NCBI GenBank assembly: GCA_013265495.1
Contig: MU058206.1
Location: 250,001-314,000 of the forward strand
From: Vicugna vicugna
Lineage: Eukaryota
DNA: 64,000 bases
Reading direction: 5' to 3'
The position numbers and the translations under genes are program-made. The notes under the pieces are model-generated. The model saw nothing but the letters and a program-made list of their open reading frames with translations. It did no database searches and was not told the origin of the DNA. This document shows, in pieces, positions 39,601 to 50,910 of this stretch (positions are counted from its first letter, which is position 1; every line of letters starts with the position of its first letter).

Positions 39601-42600
39601 AGGACATGAATCCCGCATTAAGCGTGCCCTCAGAGAACACAGGTTCATTTTACCAACTCTGTCTGAGCCAGACAGAATCGACTAGAAAGCTTTGCCTGTA
39701 GCTTTACTCACACCTAGTGGCTGATCTCCAGCTCCACCTCTCTCCATGGTCATCCATAGTATTGAAGGCAAGGGCACCAGTAGGGTGCAAAGCGTTTGTC
39801 CCCACCACACTCCCCAGATGCTGGAGACAGCCCTGGTTTGCACTGTTGCCTGGCATAATTAACAATCTCCAAAGTGTCCTGGTTCGGATGGTAATTGATA
39901 TGGACACTCTATACCACCACCATCGCGCAAGCGACCCCTACTGGACTGGAGTGAGGGATGCTTGGTCCCGGGCGTTAAGCTCTGCTTGATGTGACAGAAC
40001 CCACTCAGAAGCCCTCCTCGCTGGGCACCCGCCCACTTTTTGTCACTCACCTCCCACGTGCTTCCCCATCAGCCCAAAGAACTGGCTGGCTTTGCCCCTC
40101 TTCACCTCCCGGGGCTGGAGCTGAATGCTGGGAACAGCATTTTCCTGAAGAAGCAGAGGGTTTGTTAGACTTGGGGGAGGTTAGCGAGGAGGCAGCATGA
40201 GCAATGACAACCTCACTAACACTTGCTCTGTGATGGCACAGAGCTCTTTAGCATATTTTACACAATACTTAATAATTGATAGCTAACCTTTTGCCTACTA
40301 TGTTCCTGGCACTGTTCCAAGGACTTTCATATATTAATTCGCTTAATTTTCACCAAAACCACATGAAGTAAGTACTATCACTGTCACCATTTCACAGATG
40401 AAAACACTGAGGCACGGAGAGATTGCCAGTGAGGATGTAAGAGGTGAAGGCAGAACCCGGGTCACCTGGCTCAGAGGCTGAAACATGTCAGTCATAGTCT
40501 CAGTTCCTCTTCCCAACCGCCATATGAAGTAGGGACTATGATTTATCGCTGTTTTACAGATTGGGGAACAGACTTGTGGAGGTTAAGTGACTTGTCCCAG
40601 GTCCCACAGGAGATGCTAGAGCCAGGACCCAGACTCAGAGAGTCTGACCCCAGAGCAGGGGTTCTGCTCCATCTTGGGAAATGTCTTCAACATAGACAAG
40701 GAGAGGGCAGCTGGTGAACTCAAGGTGAGCACCCAGTACAATGCCCACTCTAACTCCTGCTCTCCTCTCTTCCCCTGCACTCCCCCCAGGTCCTGATTTA
40801 TCCTGCCCTAGAACCTGGGCCTCCATGAGGGTCATGGCATGTGAAGGCCACTACCCCAGGCAAAGACATTTCCATCCTTGAGCTGAGGGGGTGAAAGTTC
40901 TGGACCGAGGACCATGGATTTAAGTTATTTTTTTAAATTAATTAATTTTACTTATTTATTTATTTGTTTTTTTAATTGTATAATCAGTTTATAATGTGTC
41001 AATTCTAGTGTACAGCATAATGTTTTAGTCATACATAAATGTACATATATTCCTTTTCATATTCTTTTTCATTGTAGGTTACTACAAGATATTGAATATA
41101 GTTCCCTGTGCTATACAGTAGGACCTTGTTTATTTTTTATATAGTAGTATCTGCAAATCCCGAACTCCCAATTTATGCCTTCCTACCCACATTCTCCCAC
41201 TGGTAACCATAAGTTTGTTTTCTGTGTCTGTGATGGATTGCAGTTCTCATTCTTCCATTAGCCTGCGTGACCTTTGCCAAAGTCCTCTCCTTCTCTGGCC
41301 TTCACTAGAGCCCCTGATGAAGGGTCTGCTCAGCTCTGCTGAGAGGGAGAGAGTAACAGTGGGTGACATTCATTAGACCATCTTCACATCTCTGTGTCCC
41401 TAGTACCTGCCACAGTGCTGGGTACAAGCAGGATCTGAGCGTTTTGGGGAGACAGGACACTGAATGAAGGGCCCTTTCTCTGACAATCTGGAATAGGGGA
41501 GAGGATGGGGTCTCCTTTTCTAGGAAGGCTGAGACAGGTGCACGGAGCCTTAGAGTAATGCAAGCCACCTGCCAGGAGGCTGGGAGCTGGGATTGGATCA
41601 GGGGCTTGCTCTTCCACTTCCAGTTCTGATGAGTCAGTGCTGGAGCTCCTGGGACCAGCAGGGACCTGGCTGGGGTTCAGTGGAAACCGCTTCACCTCTC
41701 ACAGTTTGTCTTGTCCCAACTTTTGGGGTCAGGAGTGGATTGTTTTCTAAGCCTTGGACTAATTCAGTCACTTCCAACCTGTCTCCTCCCCAGGACGTCA
41801 ATGGCTGGGGCGGCTGTCTGGGGCTGGAGTCGCCTAGCCTGGCCAGGAACCAGAAAAGTGTCTTTGGAGATTTGGACCCATTTCTGAAAAGCTTATGAAA
41901 ACCACTTTGCCTTGGTAAAAGGCAGTCTTCAAATGCAAGCTGGAGAGAATGGCTTTTTATGAATTAAATAAGACTCACCTTTCTTCCACCCACCAGATTC
42001 CTGGGGGCCATTAGGAAGCATCTTTCACTCAGAAAGGACCCCTTGTAGGGGGTGGGTATAGCTCAGTGGTAGAGCACATGCTTAGCATGCATGAGGTCCT
42101 GGGTTCAATCCCTAATACCTCCATTAAAAAAAAAAAAGAAAGGACCCCTGCTCCGCTGCGCTCACCAGAAGCCCTCCTTATCTGTTGAACCCAAATCCCC
42201 AGCTCCAGGGCTCACTGCAGGCGGGGAGCCCTGGGAGCTAGGGAGGTGGTCAGATCATCCCTGACAGAGCCACCACTCCTTCTGTCACCTCACTTAGATT
42301 AATGGTTCCTATATCCCAAGCCTGGGTCTCAGGAAGCAGAGAGATGTTAAATGAGAGTGAAGGGAAAAGAAGCATGAGATCCAGCTGCAGGGTGAGGTGC
42401 TTGCAGGTGGAAAAGAAAGCCCAGCAGCGCTAGCTGAAGTTGGTGAGGATGTTTCCCACATGGCTGTGTAGGGAGCCCCCCACCACCCAGCTTGGCTTCC
42501 CTGGGCCTGGGCCAGGTCCCCTGAGGTTTGGCACAGACTCCAACTCCATAAAGCATGTCAAAACTAGGGGGAAAAAAACCCTTCAGGAACATCTTCCCCC

Positions 42601-43733
42601 TCCCCCCATTTTACAGGTGAGGAAACTGATGTCGGGAGAACAGCAATGACTTCCCCAAGATGGCAGAGTCAGTGGAGAGGTTGAGACTTGAACCTGGGTC
42701 TCTCTCTCCTGCATCTTCTCACCTACACACACTTCCACATCCAGACAAACCACGAAGGAAACCCACCACCAATGGCTGTTTATTCGATGGCTCTTCCTCA
42801 CTTCCTGTGGCCCCAGTGTCCTCACCAAACCAGGACTGGGAGGAGCCCGGCCCAGCCCTGTTCTGTCTGCCCTCCCGGAAGCCTTCCCTTAGCACCAGGC
42901 CTGTTCATCTCTGGTGTGCGTCCTCGCTCCCCTGTCTGGGAACTCCCTGAGGTCGGACCTTTGTCTCCTTGACCAAATGGGGTGGGGCCCAGATGTCTCT
43001 GTGTCTCTAACTTTCAGATTTCTTCCGAGTGACAGCACTTGGGTCCTTTTAGAAACTGACAATCAAACCAGTACTTGTCAGGAAATAAGAGTTTCTACAT
43101 GTGAGATAAAACAGTGATCTCACCCCAAGTTGACCCCTTGAAAGGAAATTCTGGAAAATGTCTTCTGATGCACAGGTACATAGACTCAGACCTTGGGCAA
43201 GGTGTACAGTTGTGCTTTTGAAGCTGCATAACCTTGGACAAACTGCTTGACCTTTCTGTGCCTCAGTTTCCTTATCTGTGAAATGGGGATAGAAATGGTA
43301 CCTTCCCCACAAGGTTGATATGAAGATTAAATGGGTTAATACTTATGGAGCACTTAGGACAGTGCCAGAAACATAGTATATAATAAATGTTAAGTAAAGC
43401 ATAAGTGTGCACGCGTGCGCACACACACACACACATGCTGTTGCTTCATATGCATGTGCCCCTTTGGAGTTCTGTCAGGCCAGGAGCTGTGGCTTTGAAC
43501 CTACAGAGAGAGAGGGGAGGCAGACACCCTGCTCTGCAGTGTGTAACCTGCTCTCCTGGCAACCATAAAGGGGATCTTCCATGGACCACCCCCAGCCTCT
43601 CCCCAGTGCTACCTACCTCCAGGGTCACGGTTACCCAGGACCTTGCTTCAGCGTCGAGGGCCAGTTCCTTGTCCCCTGCCACAGTACATGCAGACAGCCC
43701 CGCCAGGAGGAGCAGGGTGAGGCAGAGCTGCAT
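36569..43733 (-). CDS. TAC4: Tachykinin precursor 4 (preprotachykinin-C; hemokinin/endokinin), 5 coding exons, 110 aa
   Basis: complement(join(36569..36600,37400..37459,38389..38418,40051..40144,43617..43733)) = 333 nt: MQLCLTLLLLAGLSACTVAGDKELALDAEARSWVTVTLEENAVPSIQLQPREVKRGKASQFFGLMGKHVGGIPPNQPEKAGYLRGPVVQGLLDRGRPSTEGREDEDHGSE*. Signal peptide, FxGLM tachykinin motif, GT-AG introns; KAT7-TAC4 order matches human synteny. Confidence 0.95.
37400..37459 (-). CDS. TAC4: TAC4 exon 4 (GYLRGPVVQGLLDRGRPSTE)
   Basis: caccag|GG acceptor, GAAG|gtaggt donor, 60 nt; homologous to human AYQLEHTFQGLLGKRSLFTE. Confidence 0.88.
38389..38418 (-). CDS. TAC4: TAC4 exon 3 (GIPPNQPEKA)
   Basis: ttccccag|GA acceptor, GCAG|gtaagt donor, 30 nt, phase 1-1; positional equivalent of human GRPLIQPRRKK. 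Confidence 0.85.
38880..39560 (-). mobile_element. Old L1M fragment in TAC4 intron 2
   Basis: AT-rich, diverged L1ME-like sequence (TTATTTCCAAATTCTTGCTACTACAAAC...CCTCACCAACAC). Confidence 0.55.
40051..40144 (-). CDS. TAC4: TAC4 exon 2 (ENAVPSIQLQPREVKRGKASQFFGLMGKHVG), tachykinin peptide
   Basis: cttcttcag|GAA acceptor, GGAG|gtgagt donor, 94 nt, FFGLMG motif. Confidence 0.95.
40200..40640 (-). mobile_element. MIR pieces (nested or tandem)
   Basis: TTTCACAGATGAAAACACTGAGGCAC and TTTTACAGATTGGGGAACAGAC cores. Confidence 0.7.
40921..41232 (-). mobile_element. LINE-1 3' UTR fragment in TAC4 intron 1
   Basis: Reverse complement resembles the L1 at 20714; flanked by ATGGATT repeats at 40914 and 41233. 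Confidence 0.8.
42044..42137 (+). mobile_element. tRNA-Ala-derived SINE with 13-bp TSD, in TAC4 intron 1
   Basis: GGTATAGCTCAGTGGTAGAGC...GGTTCAATCCC...CCA plus A tail; TSD AGAAAGGACCCCT at 42031-42043 and 42137-42149. Confidence 0.9.
43220..43395 (+). mobile_element. MIR
   Basis: CCTCAGTTTCCTTATCTGTGAAATGGGGATA core. Confidence 0.75.
43617..43733 (-). CDS. TAC4: TAC4 coding exon 1 (signal peptide)
   Basis: ctcaccATG Kozak context; hydrophobic LCLTLLLLAGL; GAG|gtaggt donor. Confidence 0.93.
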
Positions 43734-43879
43734 GGTGAGCGCTACTCTGCCCAGCGACCCTCCGGGAGCCCCTCACAGCCTGAAGACCGCCTTGAGGAGG
43801 CTGGTCCTCTCTCTCTGGCTCCTCGGTAGGTGGGAGAAACTCCACCTGTTCTCAGTCCTTCTGGCTACTCTGCTCCTTC

Positions 43880-43945
43880 AGCTTATCTGAGCCTGGGGGC
43901 GGTTTCCGGGACTCCCCTCCTCCCTGGCTGGAAAAGCCAATGATA
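43880..43945 (-). promoter_or_regulatory. TAC4: TAC4 proximal promoter motif cluster
   Basis: AGATAAG (GATA, - strand, 43882-43888), GC box 43895-43902, NF-kB-like GGGACTCCCC 43908-43917, NFAT-like TGGAAAA 43929-43935 and CCAAT 43937-43941, 150-210 nt upstream of the ATG. Confidence 0.55.
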
Positions 43946-44619
43946 TCACAGCTGCCCAGAGAAGGGACAAGACTTCTTCCACTGCCGCCTCCTCCATTGA
44001 TCTCAGGGCTTAACTCTCTGTTGCGACACCGCCTCACCTTTGGCTGCGTTCCCTCTGGAGGCAGGTGCACAATGGGGCAGGTATGCGGGGACTGGAGCTT
44101 CCGGCTTCCTGACTGGAGACCCCGGTGGGGCCCTGTCATCTTAGAAATGGGGCAGGGGGACTGCCTGGCTTCCCCCCAGCCCCGTAAGACAGGCCTCTCC
44201 CCAGAACTTAGTACTCTACCACTTGTCTCCCCTTCCCGTCCCTGAACCCCTTCCTCGGCGTTCCGCTCCATCAGGAGTCCCCATGTGTGCACAGAAGCAC
44301 ATGTCTTGCCCGAAGAGTTAAGGCAATACTTAAAGAAAGGAGGCTCCTCACAAGCAGAAATTGATATTTGCCAGAAAAATGGCCTCTTGCTCAAGCATCA
44401 TCAGCTCTAAACTATCTTCCCACTGCTGTCAAAGTGTTATTTTAAAAGCCCAACCCTGACCCTGTCTCTCTCTGCTTAGAACCTCCCCGTGTCTCCCCAT
44501 TGCCCTTGGCATAAAGCTCAAGCTCCCTAGCATGGCACTCAGGGCCCTTCTCCACTTAGTTCCTCTCTGTCTCCCACCCACCCATCTGTCCATCTGTCTG
44601 TCCATGTATCAGTGTAGAA

Positions 44620-44865
44620 CAAGGGCCCCATGGTCAGAGAGACCTGAAGTCCATTCCGAGCTCCGCCCCTAAATAGCTGTATGAACTTAGGCCCATTACT
44701 TAATCTTTCTAAACCTTAGAATCTCATCTGTAAAATGGGATTATTGATAGCCCTCCTTTCCAAAGTTGTTTGAGGATGAAATGAGATAATGCATGTGGCG
44801 CACTTAGCACAGTGCCTGATGGTAAATATTTAATTCCCATTAACGATCATTACTGTCACTATTAT
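44620..44865 (+). mobile_element. MIR
   Basis: CTCATCTGTAAAATGGGATT...GCACTTAGCACAGTGCCTG. Confidence 0.75.
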
Positions 44866-46249
44866 TGACACTGGGTGAGGCGCTGGGCCACAGAAGATGA
44901 ATAAGACACCGTCTCTGTCCTACAGCATCTCAGCCTCTAGGAAAGGAGACCTCTGGTTGGCAGGTAAGCTTGGTTCGGTTTGCTATGTGCCAGCAAAGAG
45001 GTAGGAGTGAAAGAAGGCGGTGTCTCCTTCCCAGGCTGCCCGGAAGCCATTTCCTGCCCCCAGACAGCTTCACCACCTGCTCCCAGACAGGACAAGATTC
45101 CTGCCCCATGCTTTGTCCTTGGCTGTTGCCTCTGCCTGGACTTCCTTTTCCACCTGGTAAACCATCCTTGAAGGTCCACTTAATGGTCACCCCCTCAGTA
45201 GAATTTTTCTGTCTCTATTCCTGACTCCAGCAAGAATGATTTGGCCCCTTGCCTGGGTTTTCCCAGTATCTCCCACTCATATCTCTTGCAGCTCTGCGTG
45301 GGCTGTGGTGAGAGTTTGTGCAGGTTATGTTCCGCACAGAGGAGGCTGCCGATGGCCTAGTGGAGGTGAAACCCAGCCCTCACTCTGCTCACCTGGCTCC
45401 CTTTCTCCCAGAGGGATCAGCTGGGCTGAGGAGAGCTCTGCCAATCTGCAGTATTATGCCACGAGAGCACTGAGAGTGGGGTTATGACGTGTGTGCTGGG
45501 CGCACAGGGGGTCCTTAAGAAATCTGCAATCACTGAGTCCAGGCCAGTGAAGACAGAGATGACTAAGGGCAGTTGGAGGTTTGGGGGGGGACATACAACC
45601 TCCACCCCCTTCCAGGAACCTCTTTGGTGAATCCAGCCTGATGGTTTCAGAATCCCTGCATTTGCTAAAATGCAGGTTGCCCAGGTCAGCCCTTTCTGAC
45701 ACAGCCAGCCCTGGTCTGTGGGTCTGCCTCTACACAGCTGAACTTTCCTGAAAGCAGGGCACTTAATAGCTCACATTCCTTTTGGGGTTTTCCACTGTTG
45801 TGAAAATTACAGGGATTAATGGCCCCTTCAGATGTAGAGACACTGGGTTTCACACTCCAGCAGGTAGGGCTTGCTCTAGGTTACACTGAGAATTGGTGGC
45901 CGACTGGCATCCAGGGTCCACAGTCAGCTGCTTCCCAACTTCCCCTGGGGCCTTAGCCCACAAGGGCAAGCCGCACAGGGCTGGAAGCCGAGTAACAGCA
46001 TTGGTCTCTGGACAGAGAAGATAGCTTTCCATTCTGCAAGACCAAACCTGATGACCTTAGGACCCAAGGAGTCTTCTCTGAGCCTCAGTTTCTCCATCTG
46101 CAAGTCGGAGCCACCCCTCATCTGGTGGTGGTAAATGTTTCATAAATGCTCATCCTTACAGAGCTCAGCACAGTGCCTGGGACATAGTATGTGCTCAATT
46201 AATCCTAACTTAATTTTTGTGATCATTCGACTTCTGGAACCCTGGACCT

Positions 46250-47350
46250 CAGCGCTAATTCCCTGGGCCGGCTGCGTGGGACTGGGTGTGGCGGGTGCAC
46301 AGCGGGGAGGGGGCAGGGGCCACGGGGCAGAGGAGAAGGCGGCGGGAAGAAGGGAGGGAAAATCCCAAAGGTCCGGAAGGCCGGGAGGGAGGCCGGGCAC
46401 GGGCTGGAAACCGCGGCTATTTGCAGCCTTGCCCTCGGGTTGCGGTCGGGCTGGCGCTCGCGGCCCCCGGCATCCGAGCCCGCCGCCCCTCCCAGTGCCC
46501 TCGGTCATCCGGGCACGGCCCTGGCCGGCGCGCCCCGCCCCGCCTCGCCCCGTCTTCGCGGCCCCGGCGGGGGGTCGGGGCGCCGCAGCCGAGCAGGGGC
46601 GAGGTGGGCGGGAGCGGGCGGCGCGGGGCCGCGGGCTGGGTCGCGGCCGAGGCGGGGCTGCCCGGGCGCCGGGTGGGCGCGCAAGATTGCTAAAGGCTGC
46701 GGTTTGGCTAAGATTGCGGAGCCGAGAGGAGAAAGGGCGCAGGAGGGAGGAGAGCCGAGAAGGAAACACGAGCCGAGGGCGGGATGCGGGCAGGAAGCTG
46801 ACGTTTCCCGAGCGCCGACTGCGTCCAAAGGAGGTGGGATGACTGGGCCCACTTCACCGGCCGGCTGGGCAGGCAGAGTGCCTCGGACGAGGCCGCCCAG
46901 CTGCAAAGTGGCGGAGTCGGGAGCCTGAAAAGCCTCCCCTACCGCGTGCTCTTTCCCCTCGACTGAGAATGCAAACGTGATCCGGGCCGGAGCAAGGAAG
47001 GGAACTGGCTACGGGGCTGACCCTCTGGGTCCCCCCACCCCACCCCACATGACGCCGCAGGGACCCTGCTTCAGTCTTTCCCGCGCCCTTCCAGCGCCCC
47101 CATGTGGAGGTTTCTTCCGAAGCCCGATCCCCCTCCTAAAACTCAGGAGTTGGCAGATCCAGGCGGGGCAAGAGCTGGGTCCCGGTCTCACAGCCCGCCC
47201 CTTGGTTAGAGAGACAGGATGTTTAGGAGTGGCTGGGCCGCCCGAGGGGAGAGCCTCCTGGGGAGGGGAGAGCCTCCTGGGGTGGGCAGCGCGGTCCTTC
47301 CAAAGGAGGGGGGCGGGTAAAAGTAGCCAGGAGCCGGTAACTGGGGCAAA
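46250..47350. promoter_or_regulatory. CpG island with no associated coding exon (orphan promoter or enhancer)
   Basis: Very GC- and CpG-rich; several GC boxes; CAGGAAG and TGACG at ~46791-46803; ORFs here are Gly/Arg/Pro low-complexity noise. Confidence 0.75.
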
Positions 47351-48080
47351 AGTCTTTGCACCCTGTTCTTGAACCCTTTCAGCTGCAGTGACTTAACGCT
47401 ACCTCGGTTCTTTGAGGTTACATTCATGCATTCATTTATTGATTCTGGATTTGCTGAGCACCTTGCAACATGGGAGTTGCCCCAGAACACACATGAAAGA
47501 AACAGACAAGCATTGTAACAGTGTGCCACAGCTGGGGCACCAGGGAGAGAAGAATCCTGGCCCCCTTTACCCACATTTACAGTGTGGATACACTTAAGAC
47601 ACTTGTCCTAGACAGAAGACATTGGGTTTGGAAAAGTGGGTCTCTACATGCAGAGTGCAGATGGAGCAAACAGCCTTAGCCCTCTGTGCCCAGAGGCTGT
47701 GTTATCTCTGCCCACAGGCATGGCAGACAATTTGGCCCAAGCCTGCCTTGCTTTTGGCATTTCTAGCCTCTCAGTTATATCCCAGGTATCTCTGGGAGGG
47801 CCTGAAGGTATAGATAGCCCAGTTTCAGAAGCTCTCAGAGTCCTGAGAATGATTTGAAACAGTCCAAGTCCCTGCCCTTATCAGCAAAGGTATATCCTGG
47901 CCCAGGCCCAGGGCCCTGGGAACTTCTCAACCTCCTTCTGCATCACCTTTCTCCCCGGGGCCCTGGCCCTGACCTATCCATGTCATTTGTGCAATTAGGT
48001 TCTACAAGGAAAGACAAATGTGCACAGTGGGGGTTATTTGTCCACAAGAAGGATTTAAGTTAAGAGTAGAAGCAAAGGTT

Positions 48081-48208
48081 GGGAGGAGGGTATAGCTCCG
48101 CGGGAGAGTGCATGCTTAGCATGCACAAGGTTCTGGGTTCAATCCCCAGTAGCTCCATTAAAAAATAAACAAACAAATAAACCCAATTCCCCCACTCCAA
48201 AGAAACAA
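48081..48208 (+). mobile_element. tRNA-Ala-derived SINE, long form
   Basis: tRNA head, A-rich linker and CCCAATTCCCCC tail; degenerate TSD TAGAAG(C/T)AAAG. Confidence 0.85.
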
Positions 48209-48989
48209 TAGAAGTAAAGTTTGTTTAAGTGAGATACTGCAGAAGAGAACTTCATACAGCATCTGGCACGTTGTACATTGTAGGCCTTAGTAAACAGTAG
48301 CAATTATTATTGCTAATAATGTAATTAAACTATAACACTCATCTCGATTTTACAGGAAAGCCAGATTAAGGAAAGTGATTTTTGGCGTTCCCTGATATTT
48401 TGTCATCAGGTTGAAGGTTTCCTAAGGGCAGGAACTGGGTCTCTCCTGTCAGACTAGGAGCTCCCTGTGGCCAGGTTTCTTAGACAAGACTCAGTGTGCC
48501 CACCCTGAAAGTTAGGGTTCAGAAGCTTCAGGCCTGAGTGCTGAGGCAGGTATGTAGAGCCCCGCTGGTGGGGGATGTGGGCTCTGGCCTGGCCCTTGCC
48601 TCCCGTGTGGCAGTGAAGTCTCTCCTGAGTGCTTGTGTCTCAGAGCCTCTGTGCAATAAAGACTGCCAGTCTGACCCCATTAGTGGGAGAGGCGAAGCTC
48701 GTGATTCCAGTTGGTGTTTTCTTCCTGGGTCCTGGTTAGTGAGTGTGGCAGAAAAGTGAACAGCTAATTGAAGATATAATTATAATGCACTGTCCTTTGT
48801 CTACAGAGTGGAGCCTCCAGACCCCACTGTCTGCAGAACAGTGTGTTTCTCAAGTCAGGGAGGACTCCGGAGGCCGCATGCAGGGGGTGGGTAACTTTGC
48901 TGGCTGGGGCTGGGCGTGAGACTCAGGATTGACCCTGTCCCGGGGTCTCCTGGACTGCAGTCTGGAACACCTGTGCTCTCAGAGGAATG

Positions 48990-49700
48990 CTGAGTTCAGT
49001 GAGACCCTGTACGGGCTGCCTGGGGACTGGGGAACAAAGAGATGAGGCCTTGAATGCCAGGCTGGGGAGTGTGGGTTTTATACAGCAGATACTGGGGAGG
49101 CACCGAAGGTTTTAGAACAAAGGAATTATATGGGATTGTATTTCCCATCCCACTTCGTGGGTTCCCAGGAGGGCCTGGAAGTGGGGAGGAACTGGCGACA
49201 GGGAAGACTTTCAGGAAGTAATTGTGGTAGTCTAGAGGAGACATAGTGGGCCTGGGGCTGGAGAGAAGAGGGCTGTATCAGTGTCTTTTGCAAAGGGTCA
49301 GCAGGTGTGAGGTCTGGAGGGAGGGAGTGAGGAAGGCATTGGGATGATGAAGAGGAAGGAGAGCAGTCTCTGGGAGGGTGGGGAGCTGCTGGTGAGTAAC
49401 CGTTTGGAGGAACAGATTGACAGTTTGATGTCTGTGATGGTCCAAGAGAGGATGCCAGGAGGTGCTCAGAGCTCGGGAGACAAGGTCATGGAGCTTTAAG
49501 GAGGTCAGTTCTGAGTTGGTAAATCCAGGGGAGATGAAGACAACAGAGGGAAATTGAGAATAAAAGGGCTAAAGCTTGAGATCTGAGCAGCCTCAATATT
49601 TAAGAGGCAGGTGATGGACAAGAGGGTGGGGTGAAAAGAAGAAACTAGAAGGATGGATGCATCAAGATAGAGGAGAGGGGCAGACATCAAGACAAGAGAT
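48990..49700 (-). mobile_element. L2 fragment
   Basis: Purine-rich diverged L2-like sequence. Confidence 0.5.
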
Positions 49701-49723
49701 GCTTATAAAAGATACATATGTAT

Positions 49724-50082
49724 ACTGTCGTTCCTCGCTATCCATCTTCGATTGTTCTAGGACCTCCCCGCCTTGGATACCAAAGTCCAAACATGCTCAA
49801 ATTCCTTATATAAAATGGCATAGTATTTGCGTATAGCTTACACACATCTTCCTGTATACTTTAAGTCATCTCTAGATTACTTTTAATACCTAATGCAATG
49901 TAAATACTGTATAAATAGTTTAAAATACAATGTAAATGGTATGTAAATAGTTGCTGCCCTGCAACAAATTAAAGATTTGCCTTTTGGAATTTTTTGGAGT
50001 TGTTTTTTTTTTCCTGAATATTTTCAATCCACAGTTGGTTGAATTCACAAATTTGGAACCCAAGGATGCAAAGGGCCGATTG
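49724..50082. mobile_element. MER2-like (Tigger) MITE
   Basis: Resembles the MER2 consensus (CCTTATATAAAATGGCATAGTATTTG...TCATCTCTAGATTAC); degenerate terminal inverted repeats. Confidence 0.75.
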
Positions 50083-50698
50083 ATGAACAAACGTGTATAT
50101 GTTAATGCCTAAAAAAGAGGCTGGCAGAATACACACAGGTGGTTGGCAGTGGTAACTTTGAGATGGTAAAGGGAGGTTTCTATCATCTGTTCAGTATCCT
50201 ATATGATTTGAATATTTTATGATGAGAATATGTGTACGTATTACTTTAACAATTTAAAACAAGATAAGCAGTCATCTAAATGTCTATTAACAGGAAAATG
50301 GATAGATCAATTGTGGCAGTGGAATCTACATAGCAGTGAAAATGAATGTGTTAAAATGTGTGTATCAACATGGATAAAACTCACAGGATGTTGAGCAAAA
50401 AAAGCAAGTTGCAGCAAGATACCTCGAGCATGATTCCACCTATGTAGAATTTAAAAACATGAAAAACATATATCCATGTTATAAATGGATATAGACACAT
50501 GTATTGTGTAGAAAGTATACAGGAGAGGGGTTGGGGAGAAGACACAGATCGCTTCCATTTTCTCTATAATAATTCCATTCTCAAACTAGGTAGTGAGCAT
50601 TCAAGTTTGCTGTAATATTAGCTACACATTTTAATGTGCCTGATAGAATCAATACATTTTGGAGAAAGGAAGATTAGAAGAGACATATGAAAAGCCAT

Positions 50699-50871
50699 GG
50701 GGAGGAGGTGGGGATATGGCTCAGCGGTAGAGCACATGTTTAACATGCAAGAAGTACTTGGTTCAATCCCCAATATCTTCATTAAAAATAAGTGAATAAA
50801 TACATAAATAAATAAACTTAATTAACTTCCCCCTCAGAAATAAAAAATTATAATTTTAAAAATAAAGAAAA
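50699..50871 (+). mobile_element. tRNA-Ala-derived SINE, long form, diverged
   Basis: tRNA head plus (TAAA)n; TSD GAAAAGCCA on both sides. Confidence 0.8.
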
Positions 50872-50910
50872 GAAAAGCCACAGGGAGAGGGGTTTTAAGA
50901 AGGAGAGAAG

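Noticed and set aside
42051..42123. Apparent tRNA-Ala(AGC) gene (and similar copies)
   Set aside because: Poly(A) tail, target-site duplications, stem mismatches and high copy number show these are SINEs
46135..46928. Long overlapping ORFs (235, 209, 162 aa)
   Set aside because: Stop-poor because of extreme GC content; Gly/Arg/Pro/Ala low complexity, open in several frames on both strands, no recognisable domain
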